64,000 nt of DNA, taken from contig CAKUIM010000007.1 of NCBI GenBank assembly GCA_934660965.1, positions 1,532 to 65,531 on the forward strand. Reading direction: 5' to 3'. The stretch is from an uncultured Oscillospiraceae bacterium (GTDB taxonomy: Bacteria > Bacillota > Clostridia > Oscillospirales > Oscillospiraceae). Position numbers and translations under genes: made by a program. The stretch's first letter is position 1. The number at the start of each line of letters is the position of its first letter. A model generated the notes under the pieces. It had not been told where the DNA came from. It searched no databases and saw only the letters and a program-made list of their open reading frames with translations. This document shows, one piece after another, positions 12,200-20,467 of this stretch.

Positions 12200-13854
12200 C
12201 ACAAAAAATCTTCCGCTCCATCTGCCTTGCCTGCCTTGCCGTGTTCCTCTCAAGCCTTGTGCTCATCATGGGCGCGCTCTACGGCTACTTCTCCCGCACC
12301 CAGCTGCGCCAGCTCCAGGTGGAGACGGCCCTGGCCGCCCAGGGCGTGTCCCGGGACGGGGCGGACTATTTTGACCGCCTTGACGTCTCCGGCCTGCGCT
12401 TTACCTGGATCGCCGCCGACGGCTCGGTCCTTTACGACAGCGCCTCCGACAGCTCCGCCATGGAAAACCACCTGGAGCGCGAGGAGATCCAGCAGGCCCT
12501 CTCCACCGGCACCGGCACCAGCACCCGCTATTCCTCCACCCTGCTCGAGCGGCTTCTCTACGCCGCCCAGCGCCTGCCCGACGGCACAGTGCTGCGCCTT
12601 GCAAGCAGCCAGTACTCCGTTGTCACCATCACACTCGGCACCCTCCAGCCCATTTTGCTCGTGGCGGTGATTGCCGTCGTCCTGGCTCTGGTGCTGGCCT
12701 CCCGGCTCTCCAAGCGCCTGGTGCGCCCCTTAAACGAGCTTGATCTGGACGACCCTCTCTCCAACGACTGCGCCGACGAGCTCGCCCCCCTGCTGCGCCG
12801 CATCGACAGCCAGCAGCGGCAGCTGCGCGCCCAGCAGTCCCAGCTGCGCCAGCGCCGGGAGGAGTTCGCCGCCGTTACCAACAATATGAGCGAGGGGCTG
12901 CTGCTCCTGTCCGCCAAGGGCGCCGTTTTGAGCATCAACCCCGCCGCCGCCCGCCTGCTCGGCACGGACAAGGACTGCGTCGGCCAGGACCTTTTAAGCG
13001 TCAACCGCTCGCTGGAGCTCCAGAACCTCATCGCCCAGGCCCGGGCCGGCCGGCGCGCCGAGGCGGTGCTCCCCCTTTCCGCCGGCAGCTACCAGATCGA
13101 CGCAAACCCCGTGGTGTCCGACGGCGCGGTGTCCGGCGTGGCGGTGCTGATGTTCGATGTCACCGAGCGTGAGAGCGCCGAGCAGATGCGCCGGGAATTC
13201 ACCGCCAACGTCTCCCACGAGCTCAAAACCCCCCTCCACTCCATCTCCGGCTGCGCCGAGCTTCTTTTGAACGGCATGGTCAAAAGCGAGGATGTGGAGC
13301 GCTTCTCCCGCCAGATTTACACCGAGGCCCAGCGGATGATCACCCTGGTGGACGACATCATCCGCCTGTCCCGGCTGGACGAGGGGGCGGAGGGCATGCA
13401 GTGGGAGACGGTGGATCTGTTCTCCCTTGCCGAGGACACCGTCCGCCGCCTCTCTTCCACCGCCCAGGCCGCGGACGTCTCCCTCACCCTCACCGGCGAG
13501 GGCGTCTCCATCCGGGGCATTCCCCAGCTGCTGGAGGGCATCGTCTACAACCTGTGCGACAATGCCATCAAGTATAACCGCCCCGGCGGCAGCGTCACCG
13601 TAAACGTGCGGCGCACCCCCGGCTGGGCGCAGCTGTCGGTGGCCGACACCGGCATCGGCATCCCGCCGGAGCACCAGGGCCGGGTGTTCGAGCGCTTCTA
13701 CCGGGTGGACAAGAGCCACTCCAAGGAGGTGGGGGGCACCGGTCTGGGCCTTTCCATCGTCAAGCATGCCGCCCGGATCCACAACGCCCAGCTCGACCTG
13801 CGCAGCACCCCCGGCGAGGGCACCACTATCACCGTCCGCTTCCCCCTGTCCTGA
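12196..13854 (+). CDS. phoR: Sensor histidine kinase (PhoR-like)
   Basis: Two TM segments bracketing an extracytoplasmic domain, then a PAS-like region. H-box FTANVSHELKTPLHSI; N/G boxes NAIKYN, DTGIGIP, GGTGLGLSIVKH. Confidence 0.85.
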   Translation: MTQKIFRSICLACLAVFLSSLVLIMGALYGYFSRTQLRQLQVETALAAQGVSRDGADYFDRLDVSGLRFTWIAADGSVLYDSASDSSAMENHLEREEIQQALSTGTGTSTRYSSTLLERLLYAAQRLPDGTVLRLASSQYSVVTITLGTLQPILLVAVIAVVLALVLASRLSKRLVRPLNELDLDDPLSNDCADELAPLLRRIDSQQRQLRAQQSQLRQRREEFAAVTNNMSEGLLLLSAKGAVLSINPAAARLLGTDKDCVGQDLLSVNRSLELQNLIAQARAGRRAEAVLPLSAGSYQIDANPVVSDGAVSGVAVLMFDVTERESAEQMRREFTANVSHELKTPLHSISGCAELLLNGMVKSEDVERFSRQIYTEAQRMITLVDDIIRLSRLDEGAEGMQWETVDLFSLAEDTVRRLSSTAQAADVSLTLTGEGVSIRGIPQLLEGIVYNLCDNAIKYNRPGGSVTVNVRRTPGWAQLSVADTGIGIPPEHQGRVFERFYRVDKSHSKEVGGTGLGLSIVKHAARIHNAQLDLRSTPGEGTTITVRFPLS

Positions 13855-13870
13855 CCCATCCGCACGGCAA

Positions 13871-13910
13871 AGCCCGGCCTGCTTTCGCAGGCCGGGCTCT
13901 TTGCTTGCTT
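13871..13910 (+). terminator. Rho-independent terminator after phoR
   Basis: AGCCCGGCCTGC-TTTC-GCAGGCCGGGCT followed by CTTTGCTTGCTTT. Confidence 0.8.
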
Positions 13911-13927
13911 TGACGCGCCCCTCAAGC

Positions 13928-14201
13928 CTCCCTCCCTCAAGGCTCCCCTGAAAGGGGAGCTGTCGAGCGTTAAGCGAGACTGAGGGATTGCACGCGCAGC
14001 GTCTTTGGCTCCCTCTGATGAGGGAGCTGTCGAGCGATAGCGAGACTGAGGGAGAGAGGCCTTAACGCCAATGCTGTTTTTCTCTCCCTCCGTCAAAGCC
14101 TGCAGCTTTGCCACCTCCCTCGTCAGAGGGAGGCTTTCAGGGCTCCCTCCCTCAAGGCTCCCCTGAAAGGGGAGCTGTCGAGCGTTAAGCGAGACTGAGG
14201 G
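13928..14201. repeat. Cluster of structured intergenic repeat units
   Basis: A perfect 59-bp direct repeat at 13928-13986 and 14143-14201 (CTCCCTCCCTCAAGGCTCCCCTGAAAGGGGAGCTGTCGAGCGTTAAGCGAGACTGAGGG). A variant unit at 14009-14051 (CTCCCTCTGATGAGGGAGCTGTCGAGCGATAGCGAGACTGAGGG). An inverted hairpin CCTCCCTCGTCAGAGGGAGG at 14115-14134. Confidence 0.85.
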
Positions 14202-14279
14202 GTTGCCCAGCACGTGCCCGGCCCTCTCTCGGCGAACAGCGCCCGGGCCATCCGGCCCGGGCGCTGCTCCTTCTTCTTT

Positions 14280-15359
14280 TTACTTTCCGGGCAGCACCGC
14301 GCTGCCCTCCCAGCCCGCTTCGGGCTTGAGCAGCGCAAGGCGGTGATCCACGTCCTCCATGCCCGCCAGGGTCAGGGCCTCGGCGCACGCCCGGGCATCC
14401 GCCCCGGCCTCCAGCCATACCCGGTGGACGCCGGCAAGGGCCTCCGCCGTAAGGCCGGTGGCCCGGCTGCCCTCGAGATCCCGCTGCCCCGCCTCCACGG
14501 ACAGGGCCACCCCCTGCTCCTCCAGGGCGGCGCGCACCTCATCGAGCCACCGCCCCGCCGCCTCCGTCAGATCGTCCGGGTAGCGGTCCCCGCCGGCAAT
14601 GGCGGTGAGCCGTCCCCGTCCCGGGAAGCCCGCGTCCGCCAGCACGATTTCGTCAAAGCCCAGCTCCCCCAGCTCCAGGCACAGCGCTGTAAGATAGTCC
14701 CGGGCGCCGGCGCTCGCCGCGCTCAGCCAGGGCATGCCGTTGGTGTCGTACCACAGCTTGCCCCCCGGGGTGGTCAGGGCCAGCTCCCGGGAATGGACGC
14801 ACATCCAAAGATCCTGGAAGCAGGTCAGCCGGGCGATGAGATAGAGCTCCCCCTCATCGTCAAGGGCGCGCACGGCGTCGTCAAACTCCCCGCTGCCGGT
14901 AAGGCCGGCGCTGCGGGCAAGCTCATTCTGGCTTGCCCAGGCAAGGTGCCCCTCCGCGTCCTTCACCGTCACCAGCAGGGCATTCCCCCCGGCAGCGCGC
15001 ACCGCGTCGGCGGCGGTGCCGTCTGTCATGGCATCCGTGTCAGCCTCCACCGCCTGCACCGGCGCAGGCAGGGGGTCGGGCGTGGGCGTGGGGTCAGGCT
15101 CCTGGGTGACAATCAGCTCCCCGCCGCTCACGCCGGGGACGGGGGCAGAGGGCGCAGGCTGCTCCCGCTGAAACCAGGGCAGGTTCAGCCGCACGCCGTC
15201 GTCGGTATATTCTATGTACCGCCCCAGCATCAGAAGAAAGGCAATGGCGCAGCCCAGCAAAGCGGCCAGCACCACCAGCAGCGCCCGCAGGCCGCCGCGC
15301 CCTCTGCCCCGGCCCCGGTAGCGCTCGTTTATCCCCCGGTTCCTCCTGCTCATATGCAT
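14280..15359 (-). CDS. Membrane-anchored putative glycoside-hydrolase-like protein (DUF4015-type TIM barrel)
   Basis: Arg-rich N-terminus, one TM helix, a Pro-rich linker, then ...YLIARLTCFQD...WYDTNGMPWLS...LGFDEIVLADAGFP, which resembles the DUF4015 GFDEIQFDYVRFP signature. The true start may be the second ATG (15353). Confidence 0.5.
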   Translation of the reverse strand: MHMSRRNRGINERYRGRGRGRGGLRALLVVLAALLGCAIAFLLMLGRYIEYTDDGVRLNLPWFQREQPAPSAPVPGVSGGELIVTQEPDPTPTPDPLPAPVQAVEADTDAMTDGTAADAVRAAGGNALLVTVKDAEGHLAWASQNELARSAGLTGSGEFDDAVRALDDEGELYLIARLTCFQDLWMCVHSRELALTTPGGKLWYDTNGMPWLSAASAGARDYLTALCLELGELGFDEIVLADAGFPGRGRLTAIAGGDRYPDDLTEAAGRWLDEVRAALEEQGVALSVEAGQRDLEGSRATGLTAEALAGVHRVWLEAGADARACAEALTLAGMEDVDHRLALLKPEAGWEGSAVLPGK

Positions 15360-15422
15360 CTCACCTTTTCTATGTATCTTCAGCGGCGCCTGTTTCCCGC
15401 CGCCCGTTGTCTCCCCGCCCCG

Positions 15423-15680
15423 TCAGCGCAGCGCCCACTGGGCCATGAGCAAAAGCCCAAAGCCAGGCGCGCCCAGCACCCCGAGGACAAGGCCGCCCAG
15501 CGGGTTGACCCCCACCTGCACGCCGATGAGGGCCCCCGCCTGATTGAACGCCCACAGGCAGCACAGCCCCAGGGCGGAGCGCACCGCCGTGCGCCAGACC
15601 CATCCAAGGGGCCTGCGCAGCGCCAGCAGCGCCAAAGCCGCCGCCAGCGCCGCCCCCAGGCCGATCACCCATCGCTCCAT
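15423..15680 (-). CDS. bofA: Pro-sigma-K processing inhibitor BofA
   Basis: 85 aa, two TM helices, ...GVNPLGGLVLGVLGAPGFGLLLM typical BofA C-terminal motif. Directly follows a yaaL-like gene, as in Bacillus. Confidence 0.8.
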   Translation of the reverse strand: MERWVIGLGAALAAALALLALRRPLGWVWRTAVRSALGLCCLWAFNQAGALIGVQVGVNPLGGLVLGVLGAPGFGLLLMAQWALR

Positions 15681-15944
15681 TTAGCCGGCCTCCTCCCGCT
15701 CCCGGCGCTCCAGCTCCTTGAAGCGCCGCACAAAGTAGGAGTACCGGCTTTGCAGGGCGTTGATCTCGTACACGCAGGAATCCACCAGGTCCGGGTCGCT
15801 GTGCTGGTTAAAGAGGGCGTAGGCCTGGTTGATCTGCACCCTGGTCTGGGCCATGACCTCCATAAGCTGTGCCCGTTCCTCCTGCTGCGCCCGGCGCTCC
15901 TCGCTCCGTCTCCGGGCCCTGACCGCTTCTGCCATATTGTCCAC
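15681..15944 (-). CDS. yaaL: YaaL family protein (DUF2508)
   Basis: 87 aa, ...INQAYALFNQHSDPDLVDSCVYEINALQSRYSYFVRRFKE, matching the DUF2508 pattern. Stop abuts the bofA start. Confidence 0.7.
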   Translation of the reverse strand: MDNMAEAVRARRRSEERRAQQEERAQLMEVMAQTRVQINQAYALFNQHSDPDLVDSCVYEINALQSRYSYFVRRFKELERREREEAG

Positions 15945-16049
15945 CGTCCTTTCGCCCAGTGCCCGGTCTGCCCGGGCACTGCTACTCTATGACAAGTCTG
16001 GACAAATATGCCTCCGGCTATACCCGCCGCCCGTCGCCGCCGGAAAAAC

Positions 16050-17900
16050 TCAAAGCTCGACCCATTCCTCCAGCCGCACGCACTCCGGCGCGGTATACGC
16101 CGCGCTGTCCTTCCCGATATCCGTCACCCCCGGCCCGGCGTTGGGAAAAAAGTGGGAGTAGACAAGGTCGCCGGTAAAGGCCGCCGCCAGTACGATGCAC
16201 GCCGCCATCACCGGCCGCCGCGGCAGCTTTTGCACCAGGGTGTCGATCAGCGGTGCCGCCGCGTACACAATGGCCAGCGCCCCCACGCCGAACACCAGCA
16301 GTCCCTCGGCGCAGATGCGCCCGTTGAGGTTGAGGAAATAGCCGCTGTAGTCCCACCAGCGCGCCCCGCCGTGGGTGGCCTCCAGCACCACGGAGGTCAG
16401 GTACTCCACCGTGCCGCACAGCACCACCGCCGCGCCGAACTCCGCCGCCGGGCGGCTGCGCAGCCGGTAGAGCAGCACCAGGATCATCACGCCCCCCGTG
16501 CCGTAAATGGGCAGCCACGGCCCGTGGAGCACGCCGCGGTTGGCAAAGCTGCCGTTGACGATGAAGTTGAGCATAACCTCCCAAAGCCAGCCAAAGCCGG
16601 CAAAGGCAAAGAAAAGCACGATCAGCGACCAGATCGAGTAGCGCCGCATATAGTGCAGCCGCTCGATGGCCAGCCGCCGCCCCCGCTCCCAAAGGGGGCA
16701 CAGCCGGGAGGGGTAGGCCTTCCCCTCCAGGCACAAAAGCTCCTGGGCGTACCGGGTCTGCTGCTCCAGGGCCTCTTCATAGGCCCGCTGGGCCTTCCCG
16801 CCGCCGATGAGCACCCCGAAATTGTCCGCCAGGAAGGAGCGCACCCCCGCCGGCCGCCCGGGCTTGACCACCGGCTTTGTCAGGGCCGCCTCCTGATAGG
16901 TACGCCGGAGAAGGCCCGTGCTGGCCCGGCGGAAGAGATAGGTGTCGCACAAAAGCTCGCTGCCGGGCAGCTGCGCCTCCTTCGCCCGGGCGCGCAGGGC
17001 GGTATAGAACTCGCACCGGGCCGCCGCCTTGTAGGGGTTGGCGTAAAAAATACCAACAAGGCCGGCGGTGGCGGCGCTCAGCGCGCTCCAGCCCAGGAAG
17101 GACAGGTCCAGCACGAAGCACTCCCACTTGTGGCCATGCATCATGGCCTTGGAAAGGCGGATGGCCTGCCGGGGGGCGGCCGACGGATTCTCCGCCACGA
17201 TGTACGGCACCGCCCAGTAGGAGTAGTGCTTGATCACGCCCCCCGCAGCGGTCAGCGACCACAGCAGGGTAAACAGAAACGTCACCAGCAGGGTAAGCGC
17301 CGCAGCGCACCATCTGCGCACCCGCAGCAAAAACCAAAAGCGCTGCATGGGCACCCGGCTGTATACCCGCCCCTCCAGGAAGAGCCGCCGGTAGATGACA
17401 TTATAAATATTGATGACGAAAAACTCCAAAAAGAGGAACGCCAGTACGCTCAGGATGGTAAACACGATCTCCGCCGCGCTCCTCGAGCGGGTGACGGCGC
17501 ACACCGCCGCCCACACCGCCGCCACCGGCGCCCCGGAGGACACCGCGTTTATCAGAAAGGCCAGCACGCCCCGGCTGCGGCCGAACACTCCCTCCTGCTC
17601 CGGCGCGCCCTGTCCGCCGCCGGCAGCGTCCGCACCCTGCAGGGGCCGCTCCCCCTCCTGCGCGTCCGCCCGGCTCCTGGCCCAGGCCCGCACCACCGCC
17701 GCGCCCACGTCCCAGGCCGCAATGCCGGTGTTTGTCTCGCTCTCCTCCACCCCCAGCAGCCGCGCCCGGGCTACGCTCACCGACGGGGAAAACCCCACCC
17801 CGATGAGGGCCGCCGCCAGGCACAGCGCCGCAAAAAGCCAGTAATGCCGCCGCAGGGCCCGGCGGGCGCCGGCCTTCCATTGTTTCCGTTTCTGTGCCAT
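16050..17900 (-). CDS. Fusion membrane protein: DUF975 domain plus CmpB-type 'putative ABC-transporter type IV' domain
   Basis: Track ORF 16050..18962 is over-extended into the antisense of parE. Start taken at MAQKRKQWKAG after AAGGGAG. DUF975 signature AIRLSKAMMHGHKWECFVLDLSFLGWSAL...ANPYKAAARCEFY. C-terminal GFGWLWEVMLNFIVNGSFANRGVLHGPWLPIYG...ARWWDYSGYFLNLNGRIC. Confidence 0.7.
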   Translation of the reverse strand: MAQKRKQWKAGARRALRRHYWLFAALCLAAALIGVGFSPSVSVARARLLGVEESETNTGIAAWDVGAAVVRAWARSRADAQEGERPLQGADAAGGGQGAPEQEGVFGRSRGVLAFLINAVSSGAPVAAVWAAVCAVTRSRSAAEIVFTILSVLAFLFLEFFVINIYNVIYRRLFLEGRVYSRVPMQRFWFLLRVRRWCAAALTLLVTFLFTLLWSLTAAGGVIKHYSYWAVPYIVAENPSAAPRQAIRLSKAMMHGHKWECFVLDLSFLGWSALSAATAGLVGIFYANPYKAAARCEFYTALRARAKEAQLPGSELLCDTYLFRRASTGLLRRTYQEAALTKPVVKPGRPAGVRSFLADNFGVLIGGGKAQRAYEEALEQQTRYAQELLCLEGKAYPSRLCPLWERGRRLAIERLHYMRRYSIWSLIVLFFAFAGFGWLWEVMLNFIVNGSFANRGVLHGPWLPIYGTGGVMILVLLYRLRSRPAAEFGAAVVLCGTVEYLTSVVLEATHGGARWWDYSGYFLNLNGRICAEGLLVFGVGALAIVYAAAPLIDTLVQKLPRRPVMAACIVLAAAFTGDLVYSHFFPNAGPGVTDIGKDSAAYTAPECVRLEEWVEL

Positions 17901-18011
17901 GCCATGGGCTCCCTTCTCTCTCTTACCGTGCATTATACCAGACTTTTCCCCGCTCGTAAAGCCGCAGCCGCGCCGCCTGCGCGCCCCGGCGCGAAAAAAC
18001 CGCCCCTTTCC

Positions 18012-18041
18012 TTGACGGCCCGGCGGGCGCTGCGCTATAAT
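18012..18041 (+). promoter_or_regulatory. Sigma-A type promoter upstream of the topoisomerase genes
   Basis: TTGACG, 18 nt, TATAAT, about 45 nt upstream of ATG 18087. Confidence 0.5.
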
Positions 18042-18086
18042 GAAATGTAAAATATAAAATGAAACTCTTATCAAGTAGGTGCAGCC

Positions 18087-20078
18087 ATGTCCACTCCCGC
18101 CAAAAAGCAGTACGACAACCAATCCATCTCCTCCCTCAAGGGCGCGGACCGTGTCCGCCGGCGCCCCGGGGTCATCTTCGGCTCCGACGGGCTGGAGGGC
18201 TGCGAGCACGCCGTGTTCGAGATCCTCTCCAACGCCATCGACGAGGCCCGGGAGGGACACGGCCGGGAGATCATCGTCACCCGCTACGAGGACAAGTCCA
18301 TCGAGGTGGAGGACTTCGGCCGGGGCTGCCCGGTGGACTGGAACGAGGCGGAGGGCCGCTACAACTGGGAGCTTGTGTTCTGCGAGCTCTACGCCGGCGG
18401 CAAGTATAAGGACGGCGGGGACGACAACTACGAGTACTCCCTGGGCCTCAACGGCCTGGGCTCCTGCGCCACCCAGTACGCCAGCGAATACTTCGACGCC
18501 GTCATCTGCCGCGACGGCTTCAAGTACACCCTCCACTTCGAAAAGGGCGAGATCGTGGGCGAGATGAAGAAGGAGCCCGCCGACCGGAAAAAGACCGGCT
18601 CCAAATTCCACTGGAAGCCCGACCTGGACGTCTTTACCGACATCGACATTCCCCTTTCCTACTATACCGACACCCTCAAGCGCCAGGCGGTGGTCAACGC
18701 CGGCATCACCTTCCGCCTGCGCAATCAGGTTGGCGGCAAGTTCGAAACGGAGGACTTCTGCTACCAGAACGGCATCCAGGACTATGTCCGGGAGCTTGCC
18801 GGGGAGGACACCCTCACCCAGCCCGTTTTCTGGCAGGCCGAGCGCCGGGGCCGGGACCGGGCGGACAAGCCCGAGTACAAGGTCAAGCTGTCCGTCTCCT
18901 TCTGCTTCTCCAACCGGGTGCAGCTCATCGAGTATTACCACAACTCCTCCTGGCTCGAGCACGGCGGCTCGCCGGAAAAGGCGGTGCGCTCCGCCTTCGT
19001 CTCCGCCATCGACGCCTGGCTGCGCCAGAACAGCAAGTACCAGAAGAGCGAGAGCAAAATCACCTTCAACGACGTGCAGGACGCCCTGGTGCTGGTTTCC
19101 AACAGCTTCTCCACCCAGACAAGCTATGAAAACCAGACCAAGAAGTCCATCACCAACAAATTCATCCAGGACGCCATGACCGACTTCCTGCGCAGCCAGC
19201 TGGAGGTCTACTTCATCGAGAACCCCCTGGACGCCGAGCGCATCGCCGGCCAGGTGCTGGTGAACAAGCGCTCCCGGGAGACGGCGGAAAAGACCCGCCT
19301 GGGCATCAAGAAAAAGCTCTCCGGCTCCCTCGACATCTCCAACCGGGTGCAGAAATTCGTGGACTGCCGCTCCAAGGACGTGGCCCGGCGGGAGCTCTAC
19401 ATCGTGGAGGGCGACTCCGCCCTGGGTGCCGTCAAGCTGGGGCGGGACGCGGAGTTCCAGGGCATCATGCCCATCCGGGGCAAAATTCTCAACTGCCTGA
19501 AGGCGGACTACGCCAAAATCTTCAAAAGCGAGATCATCACCGACCTATTGAAGGTCATCGGCTGCGGCGTGGAGGTGCAGCACAAGACCAACCGGGACCT
19601 CAACGCCTTCGACCTCAATAACCTGCGCTGGAGCAAGATCGTCATCTGCACCGACGGCGACGTGGACGGCTTCCAGATCCGCACCCTGGTGCTCACCATG
19701 CTCTACCGCCTCACCCCCACCCTCATCCGGGAGGGCTTTGTCTACATCGCCGAGTCCCCCCTCTACGAGATCACCTGCAAGGAAAAGACCTGGTTCGCCT
19801 ACTCCGACAAGGAGAAGGGCGACATCACCGCCCAGCTCTCCGCCGAGGGCAAGAAGTTCGACATCCAGCGCTCCAAGGGCCTTGGTGAGAACGAGCCCGA
19901 CATGATGTGGCTGACCACCATGAACCCCGACACCCGCCGGCTCATCAAGGTCATGCCCGCCGACGCCCGGCGCACCGCCCAGGTGTTCGACCTGCTCCTG
20001 GGGGACGACCTCCAGGGCCGGAAAAACCACATCGCCGACAACGGCTACAAATACCTTGATATGGCGGACATTTCGTAA
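18087..20078 (+). CDS. parE: Type IIA topoisomerase ATPase subunit B (topoisomerase IV ParE-like / GyrB paralogue)
   Basis: 663 aa. GHKL ATPase N-terminus (GLEGCEHAVFEILSNAIDEA, SLGLNGLGSCA). Toprim EGDSALG and ...CTDGDVDGFQIRTL. Paired with an A subunit downstream. Choosing ParE over GyrB is inference. Confidence 0.8.
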   Translation: MSTPAKKQYDNQSISSLKGADRVRRRPGVIFGSDGLEGCEHAVFEILSNAIDEAREGHGREIIVTRYEDKSIEVEDFGRGCPVDWNEAEGRYNWELVFCELYAGGKYKDGGDDNYEYSLGLNGLGSCATQYASEYFDAVICRDGFKYTLHFEKGEIVGEMKKEPADRKKTGSKFHWKPDLDVFTDIDIPLSYYTDTLKRQAVVNAGITFRLRNQVGGKFETEDFCYQNGIQDYVRELAGEDTLTQPVFWQAERRGRDRADKPEYKVKLSVSFCFSNRVQLIEYYHNSSWLEHGGSPEKAVRSAFVSAIDAWLRQNSKYQKSESKITFNDVQDALVLVSNSFSTQTSYENQTKKSITNKFIQDAMTDFLRSQLEVYFIENPLDAERIAGQVLVNKRSRETAEKTRLGIKKKLSGSLDISNRVQKFVDCRSKDVARRELYIVEGDSALGAVKLGRDAEFQGIMPIRGKILNCLKADYAKIFKSEIITDLLKVIGCGVEVQHKTNRDLNAFDLNNLRWSKIVICTDGDVDGFQIRTLVLTMLYRLTPTLIREGFVYIAESPLYEITCKEKTWFAYSDKEKGDITAQLSAEGKKFDIQRSKGLGENEPDMMWLTTMNPDTRRLIKVMPADARRTAQVFDLLLGDDLQGRKNHIADNGYKYLDMADIS

Positions 20079-20114
20079 TATCCCGCCGAAATATTACAAA
20101 AAGGAGTGTCATTT

Positions 20115-20402
20115 ATGAAAAACGTCATCCTCCACGTCACCTATGTCTGCAAGCCCGGCATGGCCGAACCCTTTGTCCGCGCCCTCAAGGAGCAGGGCCT
20201 GCAGGATGCCGTCCGGGCAGAGGACGGCTGCATGCAGTACGACTACCACATCTCCTGCGAGGTGCCCGATACGGTGGTGCTGTTGGAAATGTGGCGGGAT
20301 ATGGACGCCCTCAAGGTCCACAGCGGCCAGCCCCACATGAAGGACATCCTCAAGCTCAAGCAGGAGTACACCACCGATACCCGCATCCTCCGCTTCGACT
20401 AA
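20115..20402 (+). CDS. Antibiotic-biosynthesis-monooxygenase (ABM) / Dabb-fold domain protein
   Basis: 95 aa from MKNVILHVTYVCKPG after AAGGAG. ...CMQYDYHIS...VVLLEMWRDMDALKVHSGQPHMKD is the classic ABM pattern. Confidence 0.65.
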   Translation: MKNVILHVTYVCKPGMAEPFVRALKEQGLQDAVRAEDGCMQYDYHISCEVPDTVVLLEMWRDMDALKVHSGQPHMKDILKLKQEYTTDTRILRFD

Positions 20403-20467
20403 GCCTCCCTGCGCCCACACAAAGCGCGCCCCGCCTGCCCGGGCGCGCAGAAAAGGACTGATCCCAT

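Noticed and set aside
13928-14201. Possible CRISPR array, given the repeated 59-bp sequence with intervening DNA
   Set aside because: There are only two identical copies, and the intervening sequence itself consists of related and inverted units. The units are internally palindromic and recur singly at distant loci (1.8 kb, 25.6 kb). No cas genes and no regular repeat-spacer periodicity are present.
15957-15983. Hairpin CAGTGCCCGG-TCTGC-CCGGGCACTG between the DUF975-fusion gene and yaaL, considered as a terminator
   Set aside because: The stem is perfect, but no U tract follows on the minus (transcribed) strand, and the genes are co-oriented 105 nt apart. I cannot tell terminator from stabiliser, so it is not listed as a feature.
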